Of a DNA stretch of 64,000 nucleotides, positions 13,273 to 25,759 are shown one piece after another. How positions within the stretch are numbered: position 1 is the first letter of the stretch; every line of letters starts with the position of its first letter. The stretch spans positions 868,001-932,000 of the forward strand of contig JAMWBK010000003.1 of NCBI GenBank assembly GCA_029953675.1, in the 5' to 3' direction. Below the pieces are notes generated by a model. It was not told the DNA's origin. It did no database searches and was given only the letters and a program-made list of their open reading frames with translations. This stretch comes from Rhodosorus marinus CCMP1338. Lineage: Eukaryota; Plantae; Rhodophyta. Both the position numbers and the translations under genes were made by a program.

Positions 13273-13691
13273 ATGTCTGGATTTGGAGATTTTAGCGGAG
13301 GCGGTCACTCAATGAGCTCTGAGGATAGTGCACAATTGGAGATGCAGGCTTTTATTGAGGCTGAGAATCAGAAGGCCGCGATTCAGGTAAGCGGAGGTTT
13401 GCTCGGGGCCTCACGAGGTGTCTCTTGGTCTTTCGGTTCGATCTGTTGCTTTCTCTTGATGGTTCGCGAGCGCTGAACGGGAATTTGATCGCGAATTTTG
13501 TCACGTTTGGTTCGTAGGCTGCGATTTCGAAGCTCACTGAAACCTGCTGGGATAAATGCGTCGGAAAACCTGGCGCAAGGTTATCAGGTGGCGAACAGGA
13601 GTGCATATCGAATTGTGCGGAGAGATTTATCGATACTAGCCAGTTCGTTATGCAGCGAATGGCAAAGCTTAGCGTTGACGGGAATCATTAA
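13273..13691 (+). CDS. TIM8: Mitochondrial small Tim chaperone Tim8
   Basis: EMQAFIEAENQKAAIQ|AAISKLTETCWDKCVGKPGARLSGGEQECISNCAERFIDTSQF; twin CX3C motif; one intron. Confidence 0.93.
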
Positions 13692-14071
13692 GTGGTGGTG
13701 GGGATTAGTTTTATGTAAGAGCCAGCCCAAGATTCTTGTTCAAGTTCCGCGGTTTTGAGTTTCAAATCTGTTGTTGGCCGGTGAGAGCGATATCCATGAG
13801 GAGCTTCTGGTTGTAAATTGTCCGGAGAGTAAAACGAGGTCTAATTAGTCTGTGAATTGGTTTATTCTGCCTTTTCCTTTATTCGAAAGGCCGATATGTT
13901 CGTCGTTTTCCCCCTTTTCCCTCTGGTTTTGAATCGCCCAAGCAGCCAAAAATGCCTTTCATTTTCTTTCTACAAACATCACGATCCCGTGTTTCTTTTT
14001 TTCGGGCAGAGGAGTCTTTTGCACTTTGCGAGTTAGGAAATGAGGCCCTCTGCCTTTCGCACTTCACCTCT

Positions 14072-14779
14072 TTAAGGATAGAACTGCAGCAACTTATCCA
14101 AATCCGCTGCCATCTTGTTGAGCCTTCCCTCGGTCTTCTCAATCTTCTTTGGTGAGCGAACTTGTCCCGGTTTCAATGCCCCAACTCCCTTGAGCTCAAA
14201 GATATCCTCAATGATGGCCCTAACGACTCGGTCCGTCTTGATCTGGGTATCTTCATCGAACACCGTGTTGACAACGTTTAGGTCCTCTCGGAGGACTGAG
14301 ATCTCCACTAAACCGTTTGCTCGTGAAACGATATCGAGCTGTCCATCAGCCTTGAAATCTGCCTGCAGTTTCTGGACACGTTCCCGGAGTGCTCTGAGAT
14401 TCTTCAATTTGCTCTGTACGGCAGACGACTTCAGAATATCCTGATCCAGCTCAAGCTACCAAAGACGATAACGCAGCAAAATAATTAGCTAAACCTCCCC
14501 TTCAGCTTCGAATCTTCCAAAGGAATAATCAAGAAAATCGCAGCTTACATCTCCAGGCTGCAGCTTAACGCCGTTGTACCCCGGCTTGGAAAAAGCAAAT
14601 CCAGCTGCCGATGCAGCCGTGCTCGCGGACGCCGCACTCAATCCCAGAATAAGTGAGAGTGCTTCCCTACGTGAAAAATCGTTCCCAGCAGACATACACA
14701 CCACACCAGATCCCCGTCTGCTCTCCACAATCCTCTTTCCCCTCACTCCACTCACACCAACTGATCCAACGAACGCCAT
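14072..14779 (-). CDS. psbQ': Photosystem II extrinsic protein PsbQ' (red-lineage 20 kDa), nucleus-encoded
   Basis: MAFVGSVG transit peptide, twin-arginine lumen signal SRREALSLILGLSAASA, and mature ELDQDIL..LREDLNVVNTVFDEDTQIKTDRVVRAIIEDIFEL..RSPKKIE. One intron ~14458-14549. Confidence 0.85.
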
Positions 14780-14879
14780 GACGTCAAAAAAAAAATTAAA
14801 TCCGGCAAACAAAAAGAAAAGACAACAAAAAACACACACTACTCTTACTTTCACGAAGAACAACCCAAGCAAAATTTTT

Positions 14880-15430
14880 ACTGCATAATGCTACTCCTCC
14901 CCAACCTCTCCCCTCTACCAACCTACCCGGCTAGCCTTTAACAATCAGACACAGATTACACGAAAAGCCTTCCACTTCCACGCCTTCCTTGTAAAACCGA
15001 TCCCCTTCACTAATACGAGGACGATTTCGATCCCCCTTTCAGTGGCCAACGTCCACACATCCACGCAATCGATGTCTCCAATCAGGGTTTCTTCTAATTG
15101 GATTAAAGATATATCAAAATATTTATAACTTTATTCACATATGATGTTATTTAAATACTTATTCACTATTTGGGATATAATATAATATTAATAATATTGA
15201 TGAATCGTTTTTCGAATTGTACCATTGGAATATAAGGATCTATATGGATATTAACTGGTTGAACTTAGTTTGTAATGTAGAAGTTATTAAGTTATTTGGA
15301 TTTTGGTTGGATAATTATGGTACGTGAGCGGGATCTGTTGGATGATTTTGGGATCTTGATTTTAAGTAGATATTTTATCACTGTTTTGGGTCGGTTTGGA
15401 TGGAGTGGGACGGAGTGGGATAGAGTTGGT
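14880..15430. promoter_or_regulatory. Putative bidirectional promoter spacer (C-rich flank / AT-rich core / G-rich flank)
   Basis: C-rich 14890-14930 upstream of the minus-strand psbQ', AT-rich 15100-15250, G-rich 15390-15430. The same layout recurs in most spacers of the window. Confidence 0.4.
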
Positions 15431-16407
15431 GAGAAGCTTCCTGGGGTAACCTGAGATCGCCTTGGCTGCCTAGAATTTGCTCATCGGCACGGTGAGAGTG
15501 AATGTATAGATTTGTAGCCAGCAATCCATTTGTGTCGTTTGAAGAGGATTTGTTAAATTCGCTTTTCTGTGGAGAACTCCAGGAAAAGCCTGCTTGCCTG
15601 CGTGAACCGTGATCGACGGGAACTCTTTCACGAAGACGACAATCGATGTGTAGCATCGAAAATCAGCAATCGAGAAGCGCAAAACAAAAAGGAGAAAACT
15701 AAAAACCCTAGCGCCGAAAACTGAAAACTTGGAAAGAAATCAAAATGCCAGTCTCCTTGAGCAATGATTGTTTCAACCAAAGAGGTCTGTGCGGTAGCGG
15801 CTATCGATCACGAAACACTCGCTCAGGGGACGAAAATATGATCTGATAAATATCTGTTATATTTCTATTGACTGGAGCCACTGACAAGCAGAACGCTTGG
15901 GCTTGGGAGTTTTCGACCAGGGTCGGGTTGGGGATTTCTACTCACAGAATACCGTGGATGCTTAGGATCCATTAAAACTTTGTTGAGGTGGACCTTACAG
16001 ATCTGTAGCCCACACCAAGGGTGAAAAGATATTGCTTTGTGCTTAGGGCCGTGGCGACTCGATTGGGTGTTGTTGTCGAGCTCGGGGGAAGGAGTGAGTT
16101 GTATCCGTCGCATGCAGCGTTGGCTACGCCTCTAGCGTCATCTTGGTATAGCCCCCTTGGCGGAGTTCACCCGCCCTTATCCTTGAGACTCGTTCTCTGC
16201 GGCGAGGGTAGTTCTTCCTTCTTGGATTGTTAGTCCTCGAATGAAGCTCTCAATCTATAGGGATCCCGACGTGAGCTCCGGAAGCCGTTCGGGTCGCGAA
16301 GACCCAATGAGTTCGCTCCGTCCGAGTGTCAGCGCTCATCCGTCTAGGGAATATCCAGACGCCTGCCCATTTCCGGTGAAGCTCATTGTTACATATTGCA
16401 TTCACAT

Positions 16408-16515
16408 CAGACCAACTAACTTCCAGTCGACATGCGCACAAATGTTGCACTGATCACACACATTACTGACACCAGACCAGCTAACTTCCAGTCGACAGGC
16501 ATGCAAATGTTGCAC
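16408..16515. repeat. Two-copy direct repeat (~43 nt, 65 nt period)
   Basis: CAGACCA(A/G)CTAACTTCCAGTCGACA..CAAATGTTGCAC at 16408-16450 and 16473-16515. Confidence 0.85.
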
Positions 16516-17369
16516 AAATCATTCGGTCCACTTTGACCTTCTACGAACTCGATGAGTGCTTACAGAGGGATGACGTGAAGTCTGTAGAAAGAAAACCTGT
16601 CGATTAGTTGGTACTTTAGGTCGTACGGGCCATGGCTTTAGCAGCAGAACTTCTTAGATTAACGCAGTTGTCAGGTGCCCTTTGGGCGCACGGTTTAGAA
16701 ATCTGCTAGAAGAAGCGAAAAAGTACAAACATCCGACTCGATATCTGTCTTAACTGAGGAAACAGACCGACAAAGGATACTATCCAAAGATATTTTCACT
16801 GGAAGACGACGTCTGGTCAGGCTTCGTCCCTTCAGGCAGAGGTATTTCCATCAAGCGCAGAAAAGCAATCCCAGTCTAGCCAGCATGTTAAGGTCCTGAC
16901 AGATAATCTGCAAAAGGGGAAGGATCGAATAGCAGGCCAGACGATGTGAAGATGACCGATAAACCGGCTTACTAAGAAAACAAATGAATCGACAGAGAAT
17001 ACAATCCAAAACATAACTTCGATGGAAAACGAAAGTTGACCAAACTTCGTTCTCCTAGCAGACAGCTCCATCGCACTCAATGGCAATCGCAGGGCCAGTT
17101 CGAGTATCGGTAAGGATTTACTGACAATCGGCTCCGGGACGATGACTGTGAACATTGTTCTTCAGGAAGTTTCTGTTGGATAGTGGAGTTGTGTATGAAG
17201 GAAAGATCGTTGAGTTGTTTTCCTGGTTCTCTTCTTGAAGAAGACAAAGAGAAAGAGGGCGAGAGAGAACGATGTTGTAAAGTAGTGTACAATGAGGACC
17301 TGTCTGAATTAACATTTGGAAGGACGAAAGTCTTTCTGCTGTCTGTATGTGTTTCGTTTTTTTCCCAGG

Positions 17370-18236
17370 ATGATTGTGAGGGAGTATAGGCTGGTGATGC
17401 CGTTGACTGTTGATGAGTATCGAGTTGGGCAGCTGTATATGGTTGCGAAGGCTTCACAGCAGGAGACCGGTAAGACAGCTGGTGAAGGGATTGAGATTGT
17501 GAAGAATGAGCCTTACGTTGAAAACGAGCACGGTATGGGTCCTGGGCAGTACACGGAGAAGAGGATGTACTTGAAGAGTAAAGTGCCCAGCTTCGTTCGG
17601 ATGGTGATGCCTGAGAATGCACTAGTTCTGACCGAGTATTCGTGGAATGCTTTTCCGCATTGTAAGACGGTGTATGAAAATGAATGGCTTGGACAAAAGT
17701 TCATCCTCTCCGTGGAGTCCATGCATGCAAATGAGCCAGGCCTCGCTGAGAATCCACTGAATTTGAAAGGAGCAGATCTAGAGAAGAGGAAGGTCGAATA
17801 CCTGAACATTGCATGTGAGGACTCCTATGCTCCCATGTCGAAGGGTGAGGATCCCAGGACCTTCGTTTCTAATGAATCAGGACGAGGCAAACTCGCTGCG
17901 AACTGGTTTCTTAGTCCAGCGATTCCCGTCATGTGTGCATACAAAGTTGTCCGTTTGCAGTTCAAAGTCCTCGGCCTCCAGAGGAAGGTACGAAATCAAG
18001 CTTTTACATCCCACTTCCTCGGTCTGAGATCTCGTAACTGAGCTGTGCCTTTGTTGCATTTTGGCTAGGTCGAGGAATGGGGACAATTCTACGGAATGCA
18101 GGTGCCCTTGATCCAGTACCACAGAAAGCTCTTTTGCTGGATTGATGAATGGTTTCGACTGGACATGAAGAAAATCAGGGACATGGAGCAAAAGACCCGA
18201 GATATAACAAAGCAGAAACTGCAGCAACCTGTTTAA
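17370..18236 (+). CDS. PITP: Phosphatidylinositol transfer protein (class I PITP, START-like fold)
   Basis: MIVREYRLVMPLTVDEYRVGQLYMVAK, GEGIEIVKNEPY, GQYTEK, EYSWNAFPHCKT, PVMCAYKVV, YHRKLFCWIDEWF. One intron ~17988-18068. Confidence 0.95.
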
Positions 18237-18317
18237 TACCAAACTAAACGCATTTCACCTAGTCGACGCGAAAAGGCGAAACGCCGTGGTCTGAACACCA
18301 ACATCGGCCATGTCTAG

Positions 18318-21300
18318 CTATGTCTGTAGATGCTTGCTTGAAGTGTGCTCGACAGTCCAAGTTGATTGTGGTCTTTTGATGCTCCAAGAAAACCTGGCAA
18401 ACGGTTCACTCCTCTCTAGAGGACTGCCTGATCGCATCCCGAGGCTCAGCACACCCCTTTTCCTCGTGGATTCGAACACTGATTGCTGACTCTGTGTCCC
18501 TCGATCCACAGAATGGCGATTCCCCGTGGAAAGTTCCGTTGTTAACTGCAAACTGTCCAGGCGGCTCGGCATGAGCCTGAGCCTCGCGGTCTGTCTGAGC
18601 TCGAATCAGTCCGAAATGGCAAGTCAGCTTCAAAGTCGACAGCTACGTTTCTATCAGGAAGTATTTGCGACGGAGAAGAGGAGCTCAAGAAGGATAATGA
18701 ATCCATAAAAACAGCACGGGCAACCAGAGGACGATGAAATAGTTCCATTTGCGGAGAATCTGTTTCCTCACACTGTGAATCAGTTTTCCGGGAACTAGGT
18801 CAGAAGTTTCTGCTTCTTTCCAGCTTGAGCTCGCGCTCCTATTATACCTCCAAAAGTAATCGCACTTTGAATTTTATACATCTGCGGCCTCCTCTATTTC
18901 AAAGTCATCTACGCAATCTACAAGCAGGAGCTAATCTCAAAACCGCAGGGTTAGGTGCAAGACACCCCGATCTGCGAAGAAGATACTTGGAGCTTGGTTC
19001 TAACCTAGTTCAAGGAAGGCAAACAAATATCCGCATAACTCTGCCTAGCACTCCATCGTCATCGAGGGCGGCTGAACTTCCTCGCAGCCCTGATCAAAAG
19101 CTCCTTCTGAGCACCAAGCAGGAAGCTCAGTCGCACGAGCACGAAGAACAAGACTATCAGGAAGACGAAAATGATCGAGGCAATTATATATACAGATATT
19201 GGCGACGTCATGAACCCTACAAAAGCTGTGTTTGCCACAACGAGTAGAAGATTTTAGAAAACATCGCAGCAGCGGGTTCTGAACGACGAATGCACTCTAG
19301 AGGGTTGCTTACTGATTTTGGTCGATTCCTTGTCAGGCTTTGGAACTCGTTCGACTCCCTCATGCTCCGAAGGGAACCCTACTGAACGGAAGCTTTCCTG
19401 AGTTAGAAGCTCGTCCGTAGTTGATGATGCTCTCTTGGCAATTGCATCCTCTGCAGTAGGGATTAAAGATGCAGAGTTGGAGCTTTCTGGTTCCAGCGTA
19501 TGTGGAGATGAAAATTCGGTTGGTTCTAAAAGTACTCCTCGATCTGAATTGCGAATGTTAATTTGTGAGTCTCGCACGGACGTGAAAGTCCCCAGCTCCC
19601 CGTCATCCATAGGTTCAGTGCTCATGGTCCTGTTTCGAAATGAGTAAAGCCCAAACAGGAAACGACTATGAGAACGCCATCCGTGTGAACTTCTGCAAGG
19701 TGTTCTCTGACGCTGCTTTCACTCACCGTAAAACGGACGCGTTGGTAGGCTCGTCATAGTTATCAACCTTAGCTGTGAATAATATTTCCGGTTCTAAGTC
19801 TGAATTTCCCGCGAGACGAACACGGAAACGATCTTCTAACAGCGCTATCATAGCCGGTTTTGAAAACGCATCGTTGTATGCGTCTCCCATATCAACTGTT
19901 CCCCTTGAAATAAGTTCACACCTTCAGGGTGGATGATGATGGAGAAAACGGAAAACCGTTAGCAGCCATTCGCCTCCGTCAATCTTGCAAGGATGGCTTA
20001 CGTGTTCTCATCACGAGCGATCAGCTGTTCCTCAATGACTATGACACCACCAGGAAGTTGGTCCACTCCACCAATTCCGCGCAAAATGAAGACCCCATCA
20101 GCCGTAGTCTCCAAAGACTCCTCAACCATTGCGTCGTATTGTTGGCCGTTGAATTCAAATTGTCGATTCCATTGACGTTTCCCTGCTCGTGTATATTCCA
20201 CCATTACAGAGATTCTCAGACAAACCATACACGACCCGACAAGATCGCACCAAAGAGTGGGCCGCTGCCCATCAGCATGCGCTAGCCATGCAGCTGTATG
20301 ATTCTCACCATTTTCCGTCGTCCCGGCATCGAGAAGCCGGTCCTTCGCTACTGCCAAAGGGGTATGAAGTATGGCTCTGCCAACATCCTCCTAGCGATAC
20401 GAGCAGCGGGTCCAAAGAGGGTGGATCCTCGTCAGCAAACGAAGACCGGAGGAGTGCACAAATCATAGATGGAACGGAGCCGAGGAGAAGCACATCGAAG
20501 CGAAGAGGAGCTTTGTGAACCAACGAAAGGGGTAATTGGCGACGGGGGCGGGGGAGTGCTGAAGCAGCTAGAACACTCCGCAACAAACTTCTGTGGAGAA
20601 TTTTTTTTGGGAGTGTCTCATTACCAGAATCACGTGAAGACTTGTGGCGTCGCCCACTACCTCATACTCGATCACCTCCTCAACCTCTTCGAACTCGTCT
20701 TGTCCCGGGTCTTCGCTAGGTTCCGAAGCGACCTCCTTTGGGGTCTGCAGCGAATCAGCTACAGCTGTTAGTGGTGGCAGAGCGGCAACTACGTCGGTAG
20801 TCGAGGGAGGAGCAACGTCAGGGGTTGGAGTCGCATCAACTCCGACCTGCTGTTCCTCAGCTTGAGCGAGCTCCAGAACGTTACTATCAGAAATGACCGA
20901 TGAGTACGAAGCCTCAGCTTGAACTGCCTCTGAAAGTGGATGCAGAAGTTCGTTCAACTCCTCAGGTTCTGTCAGTTGTATGACCGAGTAACTGCTCCCG
21001 GAGCCTTGTTCAAGCGAGGGCTGCGCAGATTCCGACCCAGTCATCTCGCTCTGTTGCAAGTTGTGATTTTTAGTTGGGCCTGAATTCCCGTCCTTCGGAA
21101 CGCTATCCCGTGGGAAATACCCAAGGACACCGCGGATCCTCTGCATAGCCCTGGGTCGATTCGCAAAGCTGATCAAGCTAGCCTCCTTCATGTCGGGATT
21201 ATCGAGCGTAATAAGAAGAGCGTTGATCCCCTTTTTCTGAATGCTAACGATTTCCGAGGAATGGTACAGTTCGGAAATACCTCCAAATACTGGTGAAGTG

Positions 21301-22017
21301 AAGACAAGCCTGTAGTCGAGAACGACGAACAAAAATAAATACGGAAAAACGTAAGGGGGTAGCAATGAGCCATTGAAAAGAACTGAGCAAAGTCGCTGGA
21401 AGGATGCACAAAACTTCCCAACTTCTTCAACGCAGAACACCGACGGCGCCGGGTGAGCGTTCTTGTGGGAATACGAACCTGTCAGTGTAGAGCTCCAACT
21501 TTCCTTGATAAATCAGCATTTTTTTTTGAAGAGCGCATAGGTAATACGCAACGAACGAGTCCGAGTCCCTCCTTGACAAAGTCATTCTCAGCTTCGAACC
21601 TTTGACGCTTGTGGAACGTTTTCCAAACCCCGCTTCGTCGGGGTAGGTTTGTGAATTCATTTCTAGTCTTTTCCTCTATGGCAAATACGTCCTCCAAACG
21701 CAAATATTGTACAAGAAAAAAATCCCTGGCCAATACAACCAATCAGCTCCCACAGGCTCCTCCTGTGTCAAGCCCTCCCGGCCAACCCGAAAACCGGAAC
21801 CCAGCTATCGACAAGCCACCAATCAAGAGCCCAGGCTCCTCACTGGACTAAAAACTTTAAACCTCCCCTTTTTGCTATCCAAATATGTACTGTTCTTGAC
21901 TGTTTCATCGGACACGAATCGCCCCGCCGCCTTCCATACATCGTCCTCACCAGACTCAATCCACCCAAACTCAGAGCATTCATAGCTCTTCAACGCATGC
22001 GTTGCGCAACATCTCAT
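18318..22017 (-). CDS. GRAM-domain protein, probably with a VASt/StARkin-like domain and C-terminal TM (LAM/Aster-like); exon structure approximate
   Basis: YYLCALQKKMLIYQGKLELYTDRFVF..LVFTSPVFG..EIVSIQK (GRAM); acidic low-complexity linker; beta-rich segment 19998-20357; hydrophobic KWNYFIVLWLPVLFLWIH near 18720. Confidence 0.55.
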
Positions 22018-22398
22018 CTCATCCAAACTGTCCCAAAAGTAGATATACCCCAAAATAATTCTTAAAAAACATGCAAATTCTCCGTTATTGACTTATCGAT
22101 GAGCAGTGACCGGCGACCAACGGATGTCTGTTTTCTTTTTTGTGAGGACTCTATGTGGATTGATGAGGCGATCGCTGGTTAGAAATGAGCTGGTTAGATT
22201 CTAGAGAGGGTGTCAACAGTTTTCTGGACTGAGGTTGTGGGTCTGAATCCGATGTAGTCTGATACGTTCTGTGGGAACTTTCAGTGTAGTTCTATCTTTT
22301 TCTTTAAAAATACATTGGTTTCCTGGAGCGAAAGGCGTGACAATCCGTTAGCTTCATATTGCCGGCTTGTGTGAACTCGTCGCCTAGCTTGACTGGCT

Positions 22399-23683
22399 CT
22401 AGTCCTCGTTGTCCTCATCTTCGTCGTCGGACAAGTTGTCTTCCATGTCACCGAGGACGTTCTCCAACAGTTCGGCCAATTCGTCCACAGCGTCACGGGC
22501 AATCGAGTTGCTGTTCAGATTCAGCTTCTCCAGCGACGGCAGGTCAGAGCACTTTTTACCGATCTCACGGGCCCCATCGGCGGTAATAGCGTTCTCTTCG
22601 AGAGAAACTTCCTTCAGGTTCTTGTGGAGCTCTTTGTCAAGAGCATCGGCAATTGTCTTTGCACCATCGGACCCTAGCTCGTTTTCATCCACAATAAGCT
22701 TCTCTAGTCTTTTCTTCGTCTTCAGCATACGAGCAATTGCCTCCGCGCTATCCTCCGTCAGCTCATTTGTTGAAATGTCTAAAACTTTCAGGTTCGGTGC
22801 GGATTCGCAGAGTGCGTCCAAGAGCAAAATCATACCATCATCCTCGACTGACAAGTCCCTAATGACCGCATACTCCAGACTGTCACATTCCTTCAGAACA
22901 TCGGCCAACGCCTCGGCGCCTTCCTCTCCGAAAGTATTGTCACTGACGTTGATCGTTCGCAAGGACGAACAAGTGCCTAAGGCTTTGCTGATCGCAACAC
23001 TTCCCTCTCGTCCAACCCTCGTTGACGTCATTTCAAATTCTTCCAGGGATGGACACTTCTCCACCAGATAAGATGCTTCAATGGCTCCAGCAGATTCCAG
23101 CAAGTTGTTTGAAATGTGAATAGCCTGATTTCCGATAGAACAAGTGAGGGTTGGATCCAACGTTAGCCATCAACAAACGCGCCGTGCTTCGCAGTTTGAG
23201 ACGTACCTTTAGAGTAGATGATTTCGCATCTCCTAGGAGGATCTCAGCGACCACCTTCATAGCTTCGTAGTTGAGCCCGTTGTTTCGGAATGATACTCTT
23301 TTCAGCTGCTCAGACTTGTTGGAGAGCAGCTTCTTGGCTACCAGGACGCCCTTTGCACCGAGAGCATTGTCCGATATGTCGATGCTCTCAAGCTTTGGTG
23401 CTTCCTCAAAACAATCACACAAGTGCTGGAGAGACGCCAAAGCTTCCTTCTCTGGCCTCCTCGCGATTGAGTCTGCGATGTTCAAACTGAGAACGGTCTT
23501 GTTAATCTCTCTCTTCAAGAAAAAATCGCGGATCGCTTCGGCTGCTTCTGGACTATAGCTCTTTCCGGACACTACCAACTCATCAACTCCGTCCGCGATC
23601 GAGGAGAAAATCTCCAGCGCCCGTTCGCGTGTGGAAACCATCTCGCGGTCCTCACCAATGCCGCTGACGACGAACCTCGACAT
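22399..23683 (-). CDS. RANGAP: Ran GTPase-activating protein (LRR plus acidic tail)
   Basis: VSGKSYSPEAAEAI, IDISDNALGAKG, FRNNGL, HISNNLLESAGA, VSDNTFGEEG, repeated LRRs and C-terminal DMEDNLSDDEDEDNED. One intron ~23126-23207. Confidence 0.93.
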
Positions 23684-24051
23684 CGCAACCGTGTTGGTAG
23701 AGGTATTGCTTCTACCGAATGGTCGATATCTCCCTTACAAGAGATACTATTACAACAAAATTAGACACGGAACGACGATACCTCTCCTCAGCCGGATGCA
23801 GCCCTATGCTAGTCCTGCACCACCCCCATCGACCCTAGCCGGAAGGATAGGAACCCTCTCAAATAGATAGGCCGAGGAGCAGTGCACGGAAAACCAGAAC
23901 CTAGCCTATGCTTGTCCGATGATGTCCTTTTTTTATGAAGTAGAGCCTCTAATAATTCTTAATTGGTTAACTGGTTTGCTTGTTTTTTTTTCAGTTGTTT
24001 TTGGTGGTCTTTCGAGATTGTTCGTAGAATTTTAGAATTTTCGGACCAAAG

Positions 24052-24520
24052 CTATTTATGCTGGAATCTTAGTTTATTTTGGCTTTTCCGGACCATCTTT
24101 GGCTCTGTTTGGAAGGACTTGTCCGGCTGGAGATCTGTCAGCGTTACGTCGGTCCATCCTTCTTGGACTGGCCTGGAAACTGCCAGTGCTTGTTTGCAGA
24201 GGACAAAGCTCTGAATCTCCTGTAGCAATTTTAATTTTATCAAGGCAATAACGAGTGGACCGGTCTTGACATGGTGATTCGAAGGAGTGGGATCAGAAGC
24301 ATCCGCACGATCGATCGGAGCAAGGCCATTCATAGCAATGGCAACAATATGCTTACTCCCCCTCTCGCCAGAGCAATTACTTGGGAGATGACGGTTTCAG
24401 GTACCTGGGTCACAGTAGAAAGAATTTCTGATCGCGTGGCTCATAAGATAGTCCCACAATTCCGCAGTTGCTTTTGTCTGGATCTTCAAGACTGCAAACT
24501 CGAACTCTGTATATTACAGT
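24052..24520 (-). CDS. Possible hypothetical protein (fragmentary exons)
   Basis: Candidate exons EFEFAVLKIQTKATAELWDYLMSHAIRNSFYCDP (followed by a GT donor) and ORF 24052-24333; promoter-like flank upstream at ~24800. No homology recognised. Confidence 0.25.
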
Positions 24521-25759
24521 TGCCTCCGAAGAAGCGCAATGCGACTAAAGCTAAAAGAACAAACCCAAACTTTCGAGAAGAGTGTAGTACTAGACTACAT
24601 TCGGGCACAGTCCGGGGCTATCACTAGAAATGAATTCGCTGGTCCCAGAGACAAATCCACGTGAAATCAATCTTCAACGTGTAGAACTGGGCAGACAAGA
24701 ACTACAATCCGGATGCTTAACAAACGAAAAAGAATAACTGAGCGTATTCATCGAGTTTAGCTAATCGAATCAGGCTTATTGCCTAGCCTGTTGGCGAAGG
24801 GGGCGCGCCCCCCCCATAACACCCTACAAAACTCAAGGCCGGTAAACAGTTCAGTTAAAAAAGGAAGTAAATATTGTAAACTCTCGGAAGGTGTTCACTC
24901 CCCCCGGAGAAAAATGCTTTGTGAACCTTCTCGTCAAGAGTCTGAAAGCCCTCTCTAAAGGGCTGTTCGCAGCTACCATACCCGGCTCCGGAACAATTTC
25001 CCCCACAGCAACAAACCATTGCCAAAAATAAAAAAAAGAGGAAGAGGATACCAAAGAATTCCCCTCCTTCAAAAGGCGCCCAAAATACGTCTACTCTAGC
25101 TCTAATCTATCTATTTTTTCCACCTAAAGTATTTTCATGTTTTTAAATTTATTTACGACAACAGTGATTCAGTTTTTTGTTTAAAAATAAATTTATATCC
25201 CTTTGAGACCAACTATATATTTTAAGACAAATATGCTTGAGACCAAATTTATGAAAATTCTGGATCTAAAAATCCTATATGGAAAGTATCTAGTTTTATT
25301 TATTTGGTGGAAAATCTATGACTAGGACGGACAGAAACAATCGGAATTTGATTGATGTGGAGTAACATTCGCCAAAACCCTCGATTGTGAATATCGATTG
25401 ATAAAAGCGGGAGGAATTTGTGTTAATTTTTTTTTTGAGGAATGGAAAGAGAAAGATGGGACGGGTGTTGGTACATATATGCATTCAAATAGACAGGATG
25501 AGGTGGGAAGGCTCTTGGGACGGGTTCGGGTTTGGTGTGAGAAGTTTTAAGCTGGAGGCTTTAACAGAGAGAGGGGAGATGGTCAGGACAATTTTCTGCG
25601 TATGTGAAGAAGAAGAACATTGCGTTTGATTTTCGAAGGGAGGGGGGTGGGGTGGGGTTGGGGGTGTGTGTGTCTGGTGCTAGATATGTTTAGACTCGTT
25701 TGAATGGAGGTTGTTGTCGGCAAGTGTTTTTCTGGGCGGGTGTTTTGAGAGGAAGCGAG

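Noticed and set aside
24799-24812. Perfect palindrome GGGGGCGCGCCCCC
   Set aside because: Short and low-complexity; lies in a C/G-tract promoter flank where such sequences arise by chance.
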